From: Candidatus Magasanikiibacteriota bacterium
GTDB taxonomy: Bacteria; Patescibacteriota; Patescibacteriia; Magasanikbacterales; UBA922
Assembly: GCA_021648085.1 (NCBI GenBank)
Contig: JAKITS010000001.1
Coordinates: 132,948 to 196,947, forward strand
Reading direction: 5' to 3'
Length of the DNA: 64,000 nt
Both the position numbers and the translations under genes were made by a program. The notes beneath the pieces are model-generated. The model was not told the origin of the DNA. It saw only the letters and a program-made list of their open reading frames with translations, and made no database searches. Below, in pieces: positions 36,102 to 47,699 of this stretch. Position 1 is the first letter of the stretch. The number at the start of each line of letters is the position of its first letter.

Positions 36102-37631
36102 TTATTTTGCGTATTCTATCACACGCGTCTCTCTTATTACACTTACTTTGATTTCTCCTGGGTATTGAAGTTCACTTTCTACTTTTCTAGCAATATCTTT
36201 TGCAAGGTTGTAAGCTTGGTAATCATCAATTTCGCTAGGCTTTACAAAGATTCTCACTTCGCGTCCAGCTTGAATAGCATAAACTTTTTCAATTCCTGGG
36301 AAGTCCTTTGCAGTTTGCTCCAACTCTTCCAAACGAGCTACATATTTTTCATAAGTATCACGCCGTGCACCAACTCGTGAAGAAGATATTGCATCTGCGG
36401 CTTTTACTATTTGTGTAATTAGTTTTTCTGGTTTGTCTTCGTGATGGTTTGCCGCAGCATCTTGTGAATCTTCATCTAATCCAAATTTCTTTAGAATTGT
36501 AAAACCAATTTCTGGGTGTGTTCCTTGTGTTTCTTGGTCTACTGCTTTTCCAATATCATGAAAGAAACCTGCTTTTTTTGCTTTTATAGGATCAACTCCA
36601 CCAATTTCTTCTGCCATCAAAGCAGAAAGATAAGCAACTTCAATTGAATGGTTCAATACGTTTTGACCATAACTTGTTCTATATTTTAAACGCCCCACAA
36701 TTGAAACTAACTTTGGTACAATACCAGTAAAACCAAGCTTATAAAGTGCTTCCTCACCAGTTTTTTTGATATCAATAGCCAACTCTTTTTTTGAGTCTTC
36801 TATTGCTTGCTCAATTTTTCCAGGATGAATTACACCTTCTTGGATAAGTCTTTCTAGTGCAAGAAAGCATACTCTACGACGAATTGGCGAGAAGCCAGAG
36901 ATTAAGATTACTCCTGGAGTTTCGTCTATTACAAGTTCACAGCCTGTTAATTTTTCAATTGTTTTTATGTTTCTACCATCTTTTCCAATGATTCGACCTT
37001 TCATATCATCGCTTGGCAAATTTACAACAGTAGATGTTGTCTCACTTGCGTGGTTTGAAGAACATCTTTGTATGGCTCCAAGTATAATTTCTCTTGCTTT
37101 TTCTGCATAAATTTCTGCATTTTCTTTTTCAATTTTCATCAATCTGCCAGACAGGTCGTGTGCTGAGTCTTTTTTTATAGCCACCATTAATTCTTCTTTT
37201 GCTTGTTCTTTTGAGTAGTTGGATATTTTTTGCAATTTTTCTACTGCATCTTTGTGGGTGTTATCTATTTTTTGTTTTACAGATTCTATCTCATCTCTTT
37301 TTTGTTGTAATTTACTTTTTTGATTTTCAAAATCCAACAACTTATTGTCGAACATTGATTCTCTTTGGGACATTCTATTTTGAAGATTGCGAATATCTTT
37401 TCGCATATTATTCTCTTCTCTTTTTACTTCATCTAGAATTTTAATTGATTTTTCTTTTGCATCAATTAAAATAGTTTTTTCCTTATTCTTCACTTCTGAA
37501 AGAATTTTTTCTGCTTTTGCCTCTGCTGTATTTATCTTGGATTGTGCTATAAGTTTGCGTACTGCATAACCAATAGCAACACCAATAAAAATACTAATAA
37601 TAGAGGATAAAAATAGTGTTATCTGCGACAT
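36102..37631 (-). CDS. rny: Ribonuclease Y
   Basis: N-terminal TM, coiled coil, KH domain 'GKDGRNIKTIE', HD domain 'FFHDIGKAVD'. Confidence 0.85.
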   Translation of the reverse strand: MSQITLFLSSIISIFIGVAIGYAVRKLIAQSKINTAEAKAEKILSEVKNKEKTILIDAKEKSIKILDEVKREENNMRKDIRNLQNRMSQRESMFDNKLLDFENQKSKLQQKRDEIESVKQKIDNTHKDAVEKLQKISNYSKEQAKEELMVAIKKDSAHDLSGRLMKIEKENAEIYAEKAREIILGAIQRCSSNHASETTSTVVNLPSDDMKGRIIGKDGRNIKTIEKLTGCELVIDETPGVILISGFSPIRRRVCFLALERLIQEGVIHPGKIEQAIEDSKKELAIDIKKTGEEALYKLGFTGIVPKLVSIVGRLKYRTSYGQNVLNHSIEVAYLSALMAEEIGGVDPIKAKKAGFFHDIGKAVDQETQGTHPEIGFTILKKFGLDEDSQDAAANHHEDKPEKLITQIVKAADAISSSRVGARRDTYEKYVARLEELEQTAKDFPGIEKVYAIQAGREVRIFVKPSEIDDYQAYNLAKDIARKVESELQYPGEIKVSVIRETRVIEYAK

Positions 37632-37945
37632 ATTTTTTGTTTCTCACTGGGTTTTTGAGAATACTATATTTTATTGTAGAAGTACACAAAAATAAGCATT
37701 TTTTTTGCTTATATTTTATAGCTCAAGAAGTTTATTTTCGCTAATTTAAGCGTTAAATTTGTTATTTTGCATTTAACATTATTTTCCATATCAGTCGTCT
37801 TCTTTTCTTTCTTACAACAGACCTATTTTTGAACAGGTCTTAATCTATCGTATCCTTTCAAACCCTAATTAATAATTGGGTATAACTGCATTATATCTTT
37901 TTTTACTTTTTGTGTCAATAAAAAACTAGATAATTCACCTAATTT

Positions 37946-38638
37946 TTAAGAAATCTGAAATAATTTTTTAAACCAGTTTTTTCTTTTTAAACTTTTTATT
38001 TTTTTTGCTTTTTTAACTTTATATTTTCCAATTGCTAATCTTCTTAATTCTTCGCAATAAGCTCCTGTCTTCAATTTTTTTCCAATATCAAACGCAAGTG
38101 TTCGTATATATGTTCCGGTTGTTGTGTTTACTTCAATAGTCAAAAATGGATATTTATATTTTTTTAAGGCTATATTTTTTATTGTAATTTTATGTGGCGT
38201 TCTTTTTATCTCAATTCCTTCTCTAGCAAGTTCATACAATTTTTTACCTTGTACTTTTTTGGCAGAATACATTGGTGGGAGTTGATTTTGTTCACCTAGA
38301 AATTCTTTTAATACTTTTTCAACTTCTTTTTTTGTTGGTTTCATTTCTACCTTTATTTTTTTTGTAATTTTCCCAGTTTTATCATAAGTATCAGTTTCTG
38401 CGCCGAGTTTTATTTTTGTAATGTATGTTTTATCCAAGTTTTTGAATTCATCTATTCTTTTTGTAGCTTCTCTTTTTACCGCAACTATCAAAAGTCCCGT
38501 TGCAAAAGGATCTAATGTTCCAGCGTGCCCTATCTTTTTTATTTTTGTGACACCACGAAGATAGCCGACCACATCATGGCTAGTCCAATTGGTTGGCTTA
38601 TCCACCAAAAGAAATCCTGAATATTCTTTTTCTTCCAT
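37946..38638 (-). CDS. truB: tRNA pseudouridine(55) synthase TruB
   Basis: 'GHAGTLDPFATGLL' catalytic Asp motif. Confidence 0.85.
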   Translation of the reverse strand: MEEKEYSGFLLVDKPTNWTSHDVVGYLRGVTKIKKIGHAGTLDPFATGLLIVAVKREATKRIDEFKNLDKTYITKIKLGAETDTYDKTGKITKKIKVEMKPTKKEVEKVLKEFLGEQNQLPPMYSAKKVQGKKLYELAREGIEIKRTPHKITIKNIALKKYKYPFLTIEVNTTTGTYIRTLAFDIGKKLKTGAYCEELRRLAIGKYKVKKAKKIKSLKRKNWFKKLFQIS

Positions 38639-38729
38639 ATTATTAATATAAATTAATAACTAACAATTAGCAATTAACAAAAGTAACTTCACGAGTTTTT
38701 TATTATTTAAAAAGACTCGCGTGTTTTAT

Positions 38730-38825
38730 GTCATATTTTTATTTTTAACTCGATTGGTGATCGAGAGTTTGTATCATTGTTCTGGTTTGTAGATTCCTGG
38801 ATTCCTAGTCAAGTTGAGAATGACA
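38730..38825. repeat. Family B MITE-like palindromic element
   Basis: Ends 'GGATTCCTAGTCAAGTTGAGAATGAC', with an internal 'CTCGATTGGTGATCGAGAG' partner. Confidence 0.6.
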
Positions 38826-38861
38826 AAATAGAAGTTTTTACTTTCTTGTCTTATACATTTT

Positions 38862-38893
38862 CCTTACTTAGTCTGCTTAATCGTTAGTTTGCT
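38862..38893. repeat. Motif C copy (reverse orientation)
   Basis: The reverse complement 'AGCAAACTAACGATTAAGCAGACTAAGTAAGG' is about 26/32 identical to 27879-27914. Confidence 0.45.
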
Positions 38894-38921
38894 ATTATCA
38901 CTTATGATACAATGATTATGT

Positions 38922-39809
38922 ATGAAAAACAATACAAAAATATCAGGTTGGGGAGTAATAACAGAGAGTGGTTCAGAAATATGGCATTCTGAGCCTGTTT
39001 TCCCAAACTCCAAAATAACTTTAAAAGAAAAAGCTAAACTTTTGTTTTATCCAAAGAGGTTTTTTTTGTACAATTTTTTGAAAAAGAATTTAGCAGGTAA
39101 AAAATATAAGGTAAATATTTTGGATGTTGGATGCGCCACAGGTTCTAGTATTATAGATTTCAATAGTATGTTTGGTGATAGTGCAAATCTTTTTGGGGTG
39201 GATGTTGTAAAAATGCAGACAGATATAGCAAAACAAAATTTAAAAAATAAAAAGATAAGCGCAGATATTAAACTGTATAATGGTTCAAAACTTCCATTTG
39301 AAGATAGAATAATAGACGGAATTTACACATCAGATGTTTTGGGGCATGTAGAAAATGTAGATAAATGGTTGGCAGATTTAAATAGGATTTTGGTAAGTGG
39401 GGGAGTTTTGGCAATGTTTAGCGAATCCAAATTGGGAAAGCATGCTTTTGTACGAAATCGTCTTATGAAAAAAGGAGTAAACATAGATCCACACTCAAAA
39501 TTTCATATTTCTCTGTATTCCAAGGACGAGCTAAAACAAAAGATAGAAAAAGCAGGTTTCGAGATTTTGGAAGTTCGTTCTTCGTCTGCATTACATTTTT
39601 TTATAAATCCAAATGAATTTTATAATGCACTAAAAAATAAAAAAGGATTTTTCTTTTTGAAACAAATAAGCAGACTTTTAACTAGTGTAAAAATAAAAAC
39701 CCACCCATATTCCACAGCATTTTTAGAGTTTTATAGTTTTTTGGAAATGCTAATCATTGGAAAAAAAGTAGAAGCTCAGGGCTATATAATACTTGCTAAG
39801 AAAAAATAA
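38922..39809 (+). CDS. Class I SAM-dependent methyltransferase
   Basis: 'ILDVGCATGSS' motif I. Confidence 0.6.
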   Translation: MKNNTKISGWGVITESGSEIWHSEPVFPNSKITLKEKAKLLFYPKRFFLYNFLKKNLAGKKYKVNILDVGCATGSSIIDFNSMFGDSANLFGVDVVKMQTDIAKQNLKNKKISADIKLYNGSKLPFEDRIIDGIYTSDVLGHVENVDKWLADLNRILVSGGVLAMFSESKLGKHAFVRNRLMKKGVNIDPHSKFHISLYSKDELKQKIEKAGFEILEVRSSSALHFFINPNEFYNALKNKKGFFFLKQISRLLTSVKIKTHPYSTAFLEFYSFLEMLIIGKKVEAQGYIILAKKK

Positions 39810-39861
39810 AAATAAGTCTGTAAAGTTATAAAGTCCATAAAGTCGAAAGTTTAGAAAAATG

Positions 39862-39913
39862 GCGTTATCCTGAGTGAAATGGAGTAAAGTAGAGTGAAGT
39901 CGAATGGATCTCG
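39862..39913. repeat. Degenerate family A repeat
   Basis: 'GCGTTATCCTGAGTGAAATGGAGTAAAGTAGAGTGAAGTCGAATGGATCTCG'. Confidence 0.45.
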
Positions 39914-40101
39914 ATACTCCTTGTTCTAATATTTTTCTGTCGATTTCAATTCCTCCTTTTTTTGGGTTGTGAGTTAGCATTCCTTAATAGTAAGGTTGAT
40001 ATAACATACCACAAAAAACACTTTTGTCAAGCTAAAAACTTGCTTTTTTTAGCTAAATTAGGTATTATGGGGCTATTATCAAATATCTTTAATTAAAACC
40101 T

Positions 40102-40644
40102 ATGAATCTTTGGCACGATCTATCACTTGGAGAAAATGCTCCAGAAGAATTTAGAGTTATTGTAGAAATTCCAAAAGGATCTAAAAATAAATATGAAGTA
40201 GATAAGGAAACAGGTCTTATCAAACTAGATCGTGCAATGAAAACTGCACAAGATTATCCATTTGATTATGGTTTCGCGCCACAGACTTTGTGGGAAGATG
40301 GGGATGCACTAGATGTTGTAATTTTGACAACATACCCACTTCACCCAGGAATTATGGTAAATGTTCGTCCTATTGCAGTGATGCGTATGATAGACGGCGG
40401 AGAAGGTGATGATAAAGTAATCGCAGTCCCTGTTAATGATTTACGCTGGAATGAAGTAAAAGATTTAGAAGATATAAATAAACACACAGTAAAAGAAATT
40501 CAACATTTCTTTGAAACATACAAACTAATTGAAGACAAATCTGTAGAAATTTCTGGTTGGGAAGGAAGAGAATCAGCAATGGAAGCAGTGAAGAAATCAG
40601 TTGAATTGTATAAAGAAAAATATACTAAATCTATTACTAAATAA
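40102..40644 (+). CDS. ppa: Inorganic pyrophosphatase (family I)
   Basis: 180 aa, 'EIPKGSKNKYEVDKETG', 'DGDALDVVIL', 'DDKVIAVP'. Confidence 0.85.
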   Translation: MNLWHDLSLGENAPEEFRVIVEIPKGSKNKYEVDKETGLIKLDRAMKTAQDYPFDYGFAPQTLWEDGDALDVVILTTYPLHPGIMVNVRPIAVMRMIDGGEGDDKVIAVPVNDLRWNEVKDLEDINKHTVKEIQHFFETYKLIEDKSVEISGWEGRESAMEAVKKSVELYKEKYTKSITK

Positions 40645-40801
40645 GATTTCGATGAAAATTTTTAGATTTTGAGCGAAACGTAGATAAAAATTATGAGGTA
40701 TTGCGATAGTACTTATGAATAATTTTTATCAAGTTGTAGTCGAAATATATAAATTTTGGCGGAATAATTATTTAGGAATAGATTTATAAACAATAAAATA
40801 C

Positions 40802-42829
40802 ATGAATGTTACAGAGTTAGCTAGAAGATTAAGAGTACGCCCACAACAACTTTTGGAAATTTTGCCAGAGTATGGTTTTGATGTTGGTAGAAAAGCTGTA
40901 AAAGTAGATGACAAAGTTGCTTTTCAGGTAATGCGTAGTTGGAAAAATATCAAAAGAGATATAGATGATAAGCGTAGAAAAGAAGCTGAAGAAAAGATCA
41001 GGCTTGAAAAAGCACTTCGTAAAGAAAGTGGGCTTTCTGCTGTTTTACCAGAAGTGATGACTGTAAAAAGTTTTTCTGAAAGTTTGAATATGCCTGTGAC
41101 ACAGGTTATTGTGGAATTGATGAAAAATGGAATCTTGGCTAACCAAAATCAAAATATTGATTATGATACTGCCGCAATTATGGCAGAAGAGCTTGGTTTT
41201 AGTGTTCAAAAAGAAGAAAGTGGAAAGGGTGTGCAAGAAAAAGAAGAAGAGAAAACTAAAATTTTGGAGGAAGCTTTAGAAAATGCAAAAAATAAAGAAT
41301 CTAGACCTCCAGTCGTTGTTGTAATGGGGCATGTTGACCATGGAAAAACAAAATTATTAGACACAATTCGTAAAGCAAATATAATTTCTGGAGAAAGTGG
41401 TGGAATCACTCAGCATATTGGTGCTTACCAAACTATTTGGAAAGATCCAAAAACAAAAGAAGAACGACCTCTTACTTTTATTGATACTCCTGGACATGAG
41501 GCTTTTACAATTATGAGAAGTCGTGGTGCGCAAGTTGCAGATATGGCTATTTTGGTTGTGGCAGCAGACGATGGTGTAAAACCTCAAACAAAAGAAGCTA
41601 TTCAAATTATAAAAGCTGCAAACCTTCCATATATTGTGGCATTGAACAAAATTGACAAAGATACAGTAGATATAGATAGGGTAAAAACAGAATTATCAAA
41701 AAATGATGTAATTCCAGAAGATTGGGGTGGAGATGTGCCAATAGTTCCAATTTCAGCTTTGGCAAATACAAACATAGACAAACTTTTGGATATTTTACTT
41801 TTAACAGCAGATGTAAATGAAGACAAGATTCAGGCAGATCCAAATGTTGCAGCTGTTGGTACTGTTATTGAGTCTCATTTAGACAAAAATATTGGGGCAG
41901 TGGCTACAATATTAATTCAGGCAGGAACTTTGAAAAAGGGTGAACCTTTGGTAATTGGTGGGGAAATTTATGGAAAAGTTCGAGCGATGAAAGATTATGA
42001 TGGGAATGATTTAAAAGAAGCTAGTCCATCTACTCCTGTTCAGATTATTGGCTTTAAGGTTGCTCCAGTTGTGGGAGATGTTTTGAATAATACAAATGCA
42101 AGCTCTGCAAAAAAGATAGATGTAAAACGCAAAAAGTTAGAGCAGACGGGTGCACAGCAAACATCAATTTCTAGTGATTCAGGCAATGAAGACGATGATA
42201 ATAAAAAGAAATATTTGAACTTGGTGATAAAAGCCGATGTACTTGGTTCTTTGGAGGCTATCATTGCATCTTTAGAAAAAATAGAACACAAAGAAGTTGG
42301 GGTGAAAATTGTAGGAAAAGGACTTGGAAATATCAATGAAAGTGATATTGTGAAGATAGAATCTAGCGGTGGAACTGTGATTGGTTTCAATGTAAACGCT
42401 ACATCAAGCTCGGAAGAGTTGATGCGTGATAAAGATATAGAATTTCTTCGTTTTGAAATTATCTATGGTTTAATAGACTGGGTAAAAGAACAATTACAAT
42501 TCTTGCTTGAAAAAGAAAAAGTTGTAACAGAAATTGGAAAATTGGATGTAAAAGCTATTTTCCGTGAAGAGAAAAATAACAGCACAATTGGTGGTTTGGT
42601 AATAGATGGAAAAATGAGAAAAGATGCTCGTGTTAGAATTACAAGAGGAAATGAAATTAAAGGATATGGAGAATTGATTGGTCTACAAAGTGGAAAGCAA
42701 GATGTAAAAATGGTTCCTGCTGGTTCTGAGTGTGGACTTCGTATTCAAACAAAAGTAAAAATTGAAAAAGAGGATATCTTGGAAGTTTTCGTAGAAGATA
42801 CAAAAGACAGAGAATTGAAATTAAATTAA
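40802..42829 (+). CDS. infB: Translation initiation factor IF-2
   Basis: '[16 protein letters not shown]', 'DTPGHEAF', 'NKIDK'. Short (675 aa) form. Confidence 0.9.
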   Translation: MNVTELARRLRVRPQQLLEILPEYGFDVGRKAVKVDDKVAFQVMRSWKNIKRDIDDKRRKEAEEKIRLEKALRKESGLSAVLPEVMTVKSFSESLNMPVTQVIVELMKNGILANQNQNIDYDTAAIMAEELGFSVQKEESGKGVQEKEEEKTKILEEALENAKNKESRPPVVVVMGHVDHGKTKLLDTIRKANIISGESGGITQHIGAYQTIWKDPKTKEERPLTFIDTPGHEAFTIMRSRGAQVADMAILVVAADDGVKPQTKEAIQIIKAANLPYIVALNKIDKDTVDIDRVKTELSKNDVIPEDWGGDVPIVPISALANTNIDKLLDILLLTADVNEDKIQADPNVAAVGTVIESHLDKNIGAVATILIQAGTLKKGEPLVIGGEIYGKVRAMKDYDGNDLKEASPSTPVQIIGFKVAPVVGDVLNNTNASSAKKIDVKRKKLEQTGAQQTSISSDSGNEDDDNKKKYLNLVIKADVLGSLEAIIASLEKIEHKEVGVKIVGKGLGNINESDIVKIESSGGTVIGFNVNATSSSEELMRDKDIEFLRFEIIYGLIDWVKEQLQFLLEKEKVVTEIGKLDVKAIFREEKNNSTIGGLVIDGKMRKDARVRITRGNEIKGYGELIGLQSGKQDVKMVPAGSECGLRIQTKVKIEKEDILEVFVEDTKDRELKLN

Positions 42830-42838
42830 ATTAAATTT

Positions 42839-43162
42839 ATGAGTGAACAAATATTTACAGATGCAAATTTTGAAGAGGAGGTAGTTAATTCAGAAGTACC
42901 AGTTTTGGTAGATTTTTTTGCACCTTGGTGTGGGCCTTGCAAGATGATGGGTCCAATTGTAGAAGAGGTTGCAAATGAAAATGTAGACAAAGCTGTAAAA
43001 ATAGGAAAGTTAAATGTAGATGAAAATAATATTTCAGCTGGAAAATATGGCGTTATGAGCATTCCAACATTTTTAGTTTTCAAAAATGGTGAGGTTGTAG
43101 ATCAAGCTATGGGTGGAATTGGAAAAGAAAAATTGCAAGAACTAATTGATAAAAATATCTAA
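42839..43162 (+). CDS. trxA: Thioredoxin
   Basis: 'WCGPCK' active site, 107 aa. Confidence 0.85.
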   Translation: MSEQIFTDANFEEEVVNSEVPVLVDFFAPWCGPCKMMGPIVEEVANENVDKAVKIGKLNVDENNISAGKYGVMSIPTFLVFKNGEVVDQAMGGIGKEKLQELIDKNI

Positions 43163-43240
43163 CTTGCAATAAGTCGAAAATTGAACTAACATAAATACAC
43201 ACTAGTATATACTAGTGTGTATTTAATTATGTTTTATTAT

Positions 43241-43418
43241 GTCATATTGAGCGAAGTCGAAATATCCCCGTGCAGTATCACTAAAATACAAATAATTAAA
43301 TTTTTGTGATTCTATTTCGAGATCCGTTCGACTTCATTCCGCAATGCTCCATTTCGCTCAGGATGACGTATTTTTTCACATCATATTGAGCGGAACGAAG
43401 TGAAGTCGAAATATCCCC
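43241..43418. repeat. Cluster of three family A repeat units
   Basis: 43241-43275 'GTCATATTGAGCGAAGTCGAAATATCCCCGTGC'. 43318-43369 'CGAGATCCGTTCGACTTCATTCCGCAATGCTCCATTTCGCTCAGGATGACGT'. 43377-43418 'CACATCATATTGAGCGGAACGAAGTGAAGTCGAAATATCCCC'. Confidence 0.75.
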
Positions 43419-43472
43419 TTGCAATTTCACAAAAACATAAATAATTAAAAATAAACATTAGTTCCTTTTTCT

Positions 43473-43559
43473 GTCATCCTCAACTCGATTGGGGATCCAG
43501 AGTCTGAATCACTGTTTAATTATTAAAGTTTCTGGATTCCCGATCAAGTCGGGAATGAC
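43473..43559. repeat. Family B MITE-like element (87 nt), clearest copy
   Basis: 'GTCATCCTCAACTCGATTGGGGATCCAGAGTCTGAATCACTG...TTTCTGGATTCCCGATCAAGTCGGGAATGAC'. The ends form ~26-nt terminal inverted repeats. Confidence 0.75.
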
Positions 43560-43615
43560 AATACTTAAAATGACAAAATTTTTAATTTATATTACTTATT
43601 TAACAGATAAAAACT

Positions 43616-44848
43616 ATGAATAACCCATTCAACTCAGCAATGAAACAGTTAACAAGAGCGTCGGACGCAATGAATTTAGACAAAGATATTTTGGCAGAAT
43701 TATCTTCACCAAAACGCGTGCTTACAATTTCTATTCCAGTAAAAATGGATAATGGCACTACAAAAGTTTTTGAAGGCTACAGAAGTCAATATAACAATGC
43801 TCGCGGACCTTTTAAAGGCGGAATTCGCTATCACTGGGATGTAAATATAAGTGAGGTAAAAGCACTTTCTTTTTGGATGACTCTAAAATGTGCAGTCGTT
43901 GGAATTCCTTTGGGTGGTGGAAAAGGTGGAATTATCGTAGATCCAAAAGAATTGTCCGAGCGAGAACTCGAAGAGCTTTCTCGTGGATATATTCGTGGAA
44001 TTTATAAATACCTAGGCCCAACTCAAGATGTACCAGCGCCAGATGTGTATACAAATGGAAAAATAATGTCTTGGATGCTAGACGAATATGAAAAATTGAC
44101 AGGAACTCATGCACCGGGAATGATAACAGGAAAACCACTTTCGCTTGGTGGTTCCAAAGGGCGTGACAGAGCAACTGCAAGAGGTGGATTTTTTGTACTA
44201 CAAAAAGTTTTGGCAAAAATGAATAAAAGTTTAAGCGATACTACAGTAGCAATTCAAGGTTTTGGGAATGCTGGGCAAGTAATGGCAGATTTTCTTGCAG
44301 AGCAAAATGCAAAAATTGTGGCAGTAAGCGATTCAAAAGGTGGAATTGTAAATACAGAAGGCTTGGATATTTCAGCTGTAAAAGCTCATAAAGCTAGCAC
44401 AGGAAGTGTGGTTGGTTTTGCTGGAGCAGAAGATATTTCAAACGAGGATATTTTGGAATTGAGTGTAAATGTGTTGGTGCCCGCAGCTTTGGAAGGAGTA
44501 GTTACTGCAGAAAACGCAGAGCGTATTCGCGCAAATGTAATTGTAGAATTGGCAAACGGTCCTGTGACTCCAGACGCAGATGAGATTTTACACAAAAATG
44601 GAGTTTTGTTTGTACCAGATATTTTGGCAAACGCCGGTGGTGTGACAGTGAGTTATTTTGAACAAGTTCAAAATGCAACAAATTATTATTGGGAAGAGGA
44701 AGAGGTAAACAAAAAATTGAAAAAAATAATGGACGAAGCTTTTGAATCAGTTTGGAAAGCAAAAGAAAAATACGGAGTTGATATGAGAGTCGCAGCGTTT
44801 ATTGTGGGATTGGAAAGGATTTCTGAGGCGATGGGGGATAGGGGGTAA
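43616..44848 (+). CDS. gdhA: Glutamate dehydrogenase
   Basis: 'GGGKGG' lysine-region motif, 410 aa. Confidence 0.85.
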   Translation: MNNPFNSAMKQLTRASDAMNLDKDILAELSSPKRVLTISIPVKMDNGTTKVFEGYRSQYNNARGPFKGGIRYHWDVNISEVKALSFWMTLKCAVVGIPLGGGKGGIIVDPKELSERELEELSRGYIRGIYKYLGPTQDVPAPDVYTNGKIMSWMLDEYEKLTGTHAPGMITGKPLSLGGSKGRDRATARGGFFVLQKVLAKMNKSLSDTTVAIQGFGNAGQVMADFLAEQNAKIVAVSDSKGGIVNTEGLDISAVKAHKASTGSVVGFAGAEDISNEDILELSVNVLVPAALEGVVTAENAERIRANVIVELANGPVTPDADEILHKNGVLFVPDILANAGGVTVSYFEQVQNATNYYWEEEEVNKKLKKIMDEAFESVWKAKEKYGVDMRVAAFIVGLERISEAMGDRG

Positions 44849-44865
44849 TAAAAATTAAGTTTAAA

Positions 44866-44900
44866 CAAAAAATAACCTTTTTAGGTTATTTTTTGTTTTC
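44866..44900 (+). terminator. Intrinsic terminator
   Basis: 'AAAAAATAACCTTTTTAGGTTATTTTTTGTTTT'. Confidence 0.55.
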
Positions 44901-44954
44901 ATTTGCATTTCCCCTCAAAATTCGCTAAAATTCAAGGGAAAATGAAATAAAAAT

Positions 44955-47408
44955 ATGGAAAAATATAATTTTAGTAAAATAGAGAAAAAGTGGCAGGAAA
45001 AATGGGAGGAAAATAAGACTTTTGAGGTAAAACTAGATGAGAGTAAAGAGAAGTTTTATGTTCTTGTGGAGTTTCCATATCCAAGTGGAGCTGGGCTTCA
45101 TGTAGGGCATCCGCGTTCTTATACGGCAATGGATATAATTGCTCGCAAAAAGAGAATGGATGGAAAAAACGTGTTGTATCCAATTGGCTACGATGCTTTT
45201 GGTTTGCCAACAGAAAATTATGCTATAAAAACTGGGCGTGCGCCAAAAGAGGTGACAAAGGAAAATATAGCGAACTTTAGAAGACAGCTCAAATCTTTGG
45301 GTTTTAGTTTTGATTGGTCTCGTGAGATAGATACAACTGATCCAAAATATTACAAATGGACTCAGTGGATTTTCTTGCAATTGTTTAAAAACGGTTTGGC
45401 TTACAAAAAATCTATGCCAATAAACTGGTGCCCAAGTTGTAAAACTGGCTTGGCAAATGAAGAAGTTGTAAATGGGGCTTGTGAGCGTTGTGGTGGAGAG
45501 GTAGAAAAAAGAGATAAATCCCAGTGGATGCTAGCAATCACAAAATATGCGGATAAACTTCTGGATGGTTTGGAAAATGTGGATTATGTAGAGCGCGCAA
45601 AAACTCAACAAAGAAATTGGATTGGCAAAAGTGAGGGTGCATTAGTTAAGTTTGGTATTAAACAAAAGGGGGATTTTTCGGCTAGCGCTCAAGATGACAT
45701 GCTGGAAGTTTTTACAACTCGCCCAGATACTTTGTTTGGTGCAACTTATTGTGTAGTTTCGCCAGAGCATAGTTTGGTAGAGGAATTAAAAGGTAAAATA
45801 GAGAATTTTGATGAGGTTTTAGAATATATAAAGCAGGCTGGATTGAAATCTGATTTGGAGAGGGTAGAATTACAAAAAGAAAAAACAGGAGTGGAGCTAA
45901 AAGGAATAAAAGCAGTGAACCCAGCAAATAATGAAGAGATTCCAGTTTGGGTCGCGGATTATGTTTTGGCGACTTATGGAACTGGTGCAATTATGTCTGT
46001 ACCTGCTCACGATCAGAGAGATTGGGAATTTGCTGGGAAGTATGGTTTGGATATGGTAGAAGTCATTTCTGGTGGAGATATTTTGGAAGGTGCATTTTTG
46101 GGAGAAGGTGGGGTTGTAAATTCAGACTTTTTAAACGAACTGTCTTCAAAAGAATCAAAAGAAAAAATGATTGCGTGGTTAGAGGAAAAAGGATTAGGAG
46201 AAAGAAAAACAAACTTCAAACTTCGCGATTGGGTATTTTCTCGTCAGCGTTATTGGGGAGAGCCAATTCCTTTGGTTTATTGTGAAAGTTGTGCCGAGAA
46301 AGGTGATTTTCAAAATGAGGGTGAAAAGCAAAATCCAGGTTGGATTATGGATGAGAATTTACCGCTTGAATTGCCAGAAGTAGAAAAATATGAGCCAACA
46401 GACAGTGGTGAATCACCGCTTGCTAGTGTGGAAGAGTGGCTAAAAACAACTTGTCCGCGTTGTGGAGGAGAGGCTCACCGAGAAACAGACACAATGCCAA
46501 ATTGGGCAGGTTCTAGCTGGTATTCTCTAAGGTATGTGGATAATAACAATGATACAGCTTTGGCATCACCAGAAGCTTTGAAATATTGGATGCCAGTGGA
46601 TTGGTACAATGGGGGAATGGAGCACACAACTTTGCATTTGCTTTACTCTAGGTTTTGGAATATATTTTTGTATGATATTGGTGTGGTGCCACAAAGCGAA
46701 CCTTATCAAAAAAGAACAAGTCATGGAATGATTTTGGCAGAAAATGGAGAGAAAATGAGTAAAAGCCGTGGAAACGTAGTGAATCCAGATGAAATTGTAG
46801 AAAAGTTTGGTGCAGACGCACTGCGACTTTATATTATGTTTATGGGTCCATTTGACCAAGCTGTGGTTTGGGATACAAATGGTTTGAAAGGTGTAAAAAG
46901 GTTTTTGGATAAGGTTGTAAATTTACAAGAATTTGTAAAAAAAGATGTGAAACAAAATAAAACTTTACACAAAACAATTAAAAAAGTTGGTGAAGATATA
47001 GAAGAAATGAGTTTCAATACTTCTGTTGCAAAAATGATGGAATTTGTAAATGAAATTACAAAAGTACAAGAAATATCAAAAGAAGATATGGAAAATTTTC
47101 TAAAAATCCTTTCACCATTTGCACCACATTTGGCAGAAGAACTTTGGGAAAAACTTGGGAACACAGAAAGTATCGCATACGAGCTGTGGCCAAGTTATGA
47201 TGAGAATATGATAAAAGATGAAACTGTAAAAGTTGGAATTCAGATAAACGGAAAAGTTCGTGATGATATAGAAGTGCCAGCAGAAATTTCAGAAGAAGAA
47301 ATAAAAGAATTGGTATTGCAAAGAGAAAAAGTACAAAAATGGCTGGAAGGCAATGAACCAAAAAAAGTAATTTATGTAAAAGGGAGATTGGTAAGTATTG
47401 TGGTTTAA
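44955..47408 (+). CDS. leuS: Leucyl-tRNA synthetase
   Basis: 'HVGHPRSY' (HIGH) and 'KMSKS'. Length 817 aa. Confidence 0.9.
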   Translation: MEKYNFSKIEKKWQEKWEENKTFEVKLDESKEKFYVLVEFPYPSGAGLHVGHPRSYTAMDIIARKKRMDGKNVLYPIGYDAFGLPTENYAIKTGRAPKEVTKENIANFRRQLKSLGFSFDWSREIDTTDPKYYKWTQWIFLQLFKNGLAYKKSMPINWCPSCKTGLANEEVVNGACERCGGEVEKRDKSQWMLAITKYADKLLDGLENVDYVERAKTQQRNWIGKSEGALVKFGIKQKGDFSASAQDDMLEVFTTRPDTLFGATYCVVSPEHSLVEELKGKIENFDEVLEYIKQAGLKSDLERVELQKEKTGVELKGIKAVNPANNEEIPVWVADYVLATYGTGAIMSVPAHDQRDWEFAGKYGLDMVEVISGGDILEGAFLGEGGVVNSDFLNELSSKESKEKMIAWLEEKGLGERKTNFKLRDWVFSRQRYWGEPIPLVYCESCAEKGDFQNEGEKQNPGWIMDENLPLELPEVEKYEPTDSGESPLASVEEWLKTTCPRCGGEAHRETDTMPNWAGSSWYSLRYVDNNNDTALASPEALKYWMPVDWYNGGMEHTTLHLLYSRFWNIFLYDIGVVPQSEPYQKRTSHGMILAENGEKMSKSRGNVVNPDEIVEKFGADALRLYIMFMGPFDQAVVWDTNGLKGVKRFLDKVVNLQEFVKKDVKQNKTLHKTIKKVGEDIEEMSFNTSVAKMMEFVNEITKVQEISKEDMENFLKILSPFAPHLAEELWEKLGNTESIAYELWPSYDENMIKDETVKVGIQINGKVRDDIEVPAEISEEEIKELVLQREKVQKWLEGNEPKKVIYVKGRLVSIVV

Positions 47409-47476
47409 AATAACTAATAATTAGTAGCTAACAAAGAACAAGAAGATTACGTTTATTTTAATTATTTATATTTTGT

Positions 47477-47636
47477 GAAATTGTAAGGGGATATTTCGAC
47501 TCCGTTTCACTTCGCTCAACATGACGTGAATATTTGTGTCATCCTTAGCGAAGTCGAAGGATCCCCCAAATTAATTCACAAAATTTTAAATATTAACAAT
47601 TCTGATGATTCTATTTCGAGAACTCTCTCTATCGCT
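47477..47636. repeat. Cluster of three family A repeat units
   Basis: 47477-47517 'GGGGATATTTCGACTCCGTTTCACTTCGCTCAACATGACGT'. 47528-47555 'GTCATCCTTAGCGAAGTCGAAGGATCCC'. 47606-47636 is a degenerate copy. Confidence 0.7.
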
Positions 47637-47660
47637 TGGGATGACATATTTAACTTCGGT

Positions 47661-47692
47661 ACTTGATCTGCATAATCTGCCTAATTTGCTGC
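47661..47692. repeat. Motif C copy (reverse orientation)
   Basis: The reverse complement 'CAGCAAATTAGGCAGATTATGCAGATCAAGTA' is 28/31 identical to 27879-27914. Confidence 0.55.
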
Positions 47693-47699
47693 CTCCGAT

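Noticed and set aside
35802-36380. ORFs 35802..36077 (+) and 36093..36380 (+) opposite hup and rny
   Set aside because: They are antisense to the highly conserved HU and RNase Y coding sequences.
27879-47692. Motif C copies as attL/attR of a 20-kb integrated element starting at the tRNA
   Set aside because: The interval would include core housekeeping genes (rny, truB, infB, leuS, gdh). A third copy exists at 38862. A small dispersed repeat is more likely than att sites.
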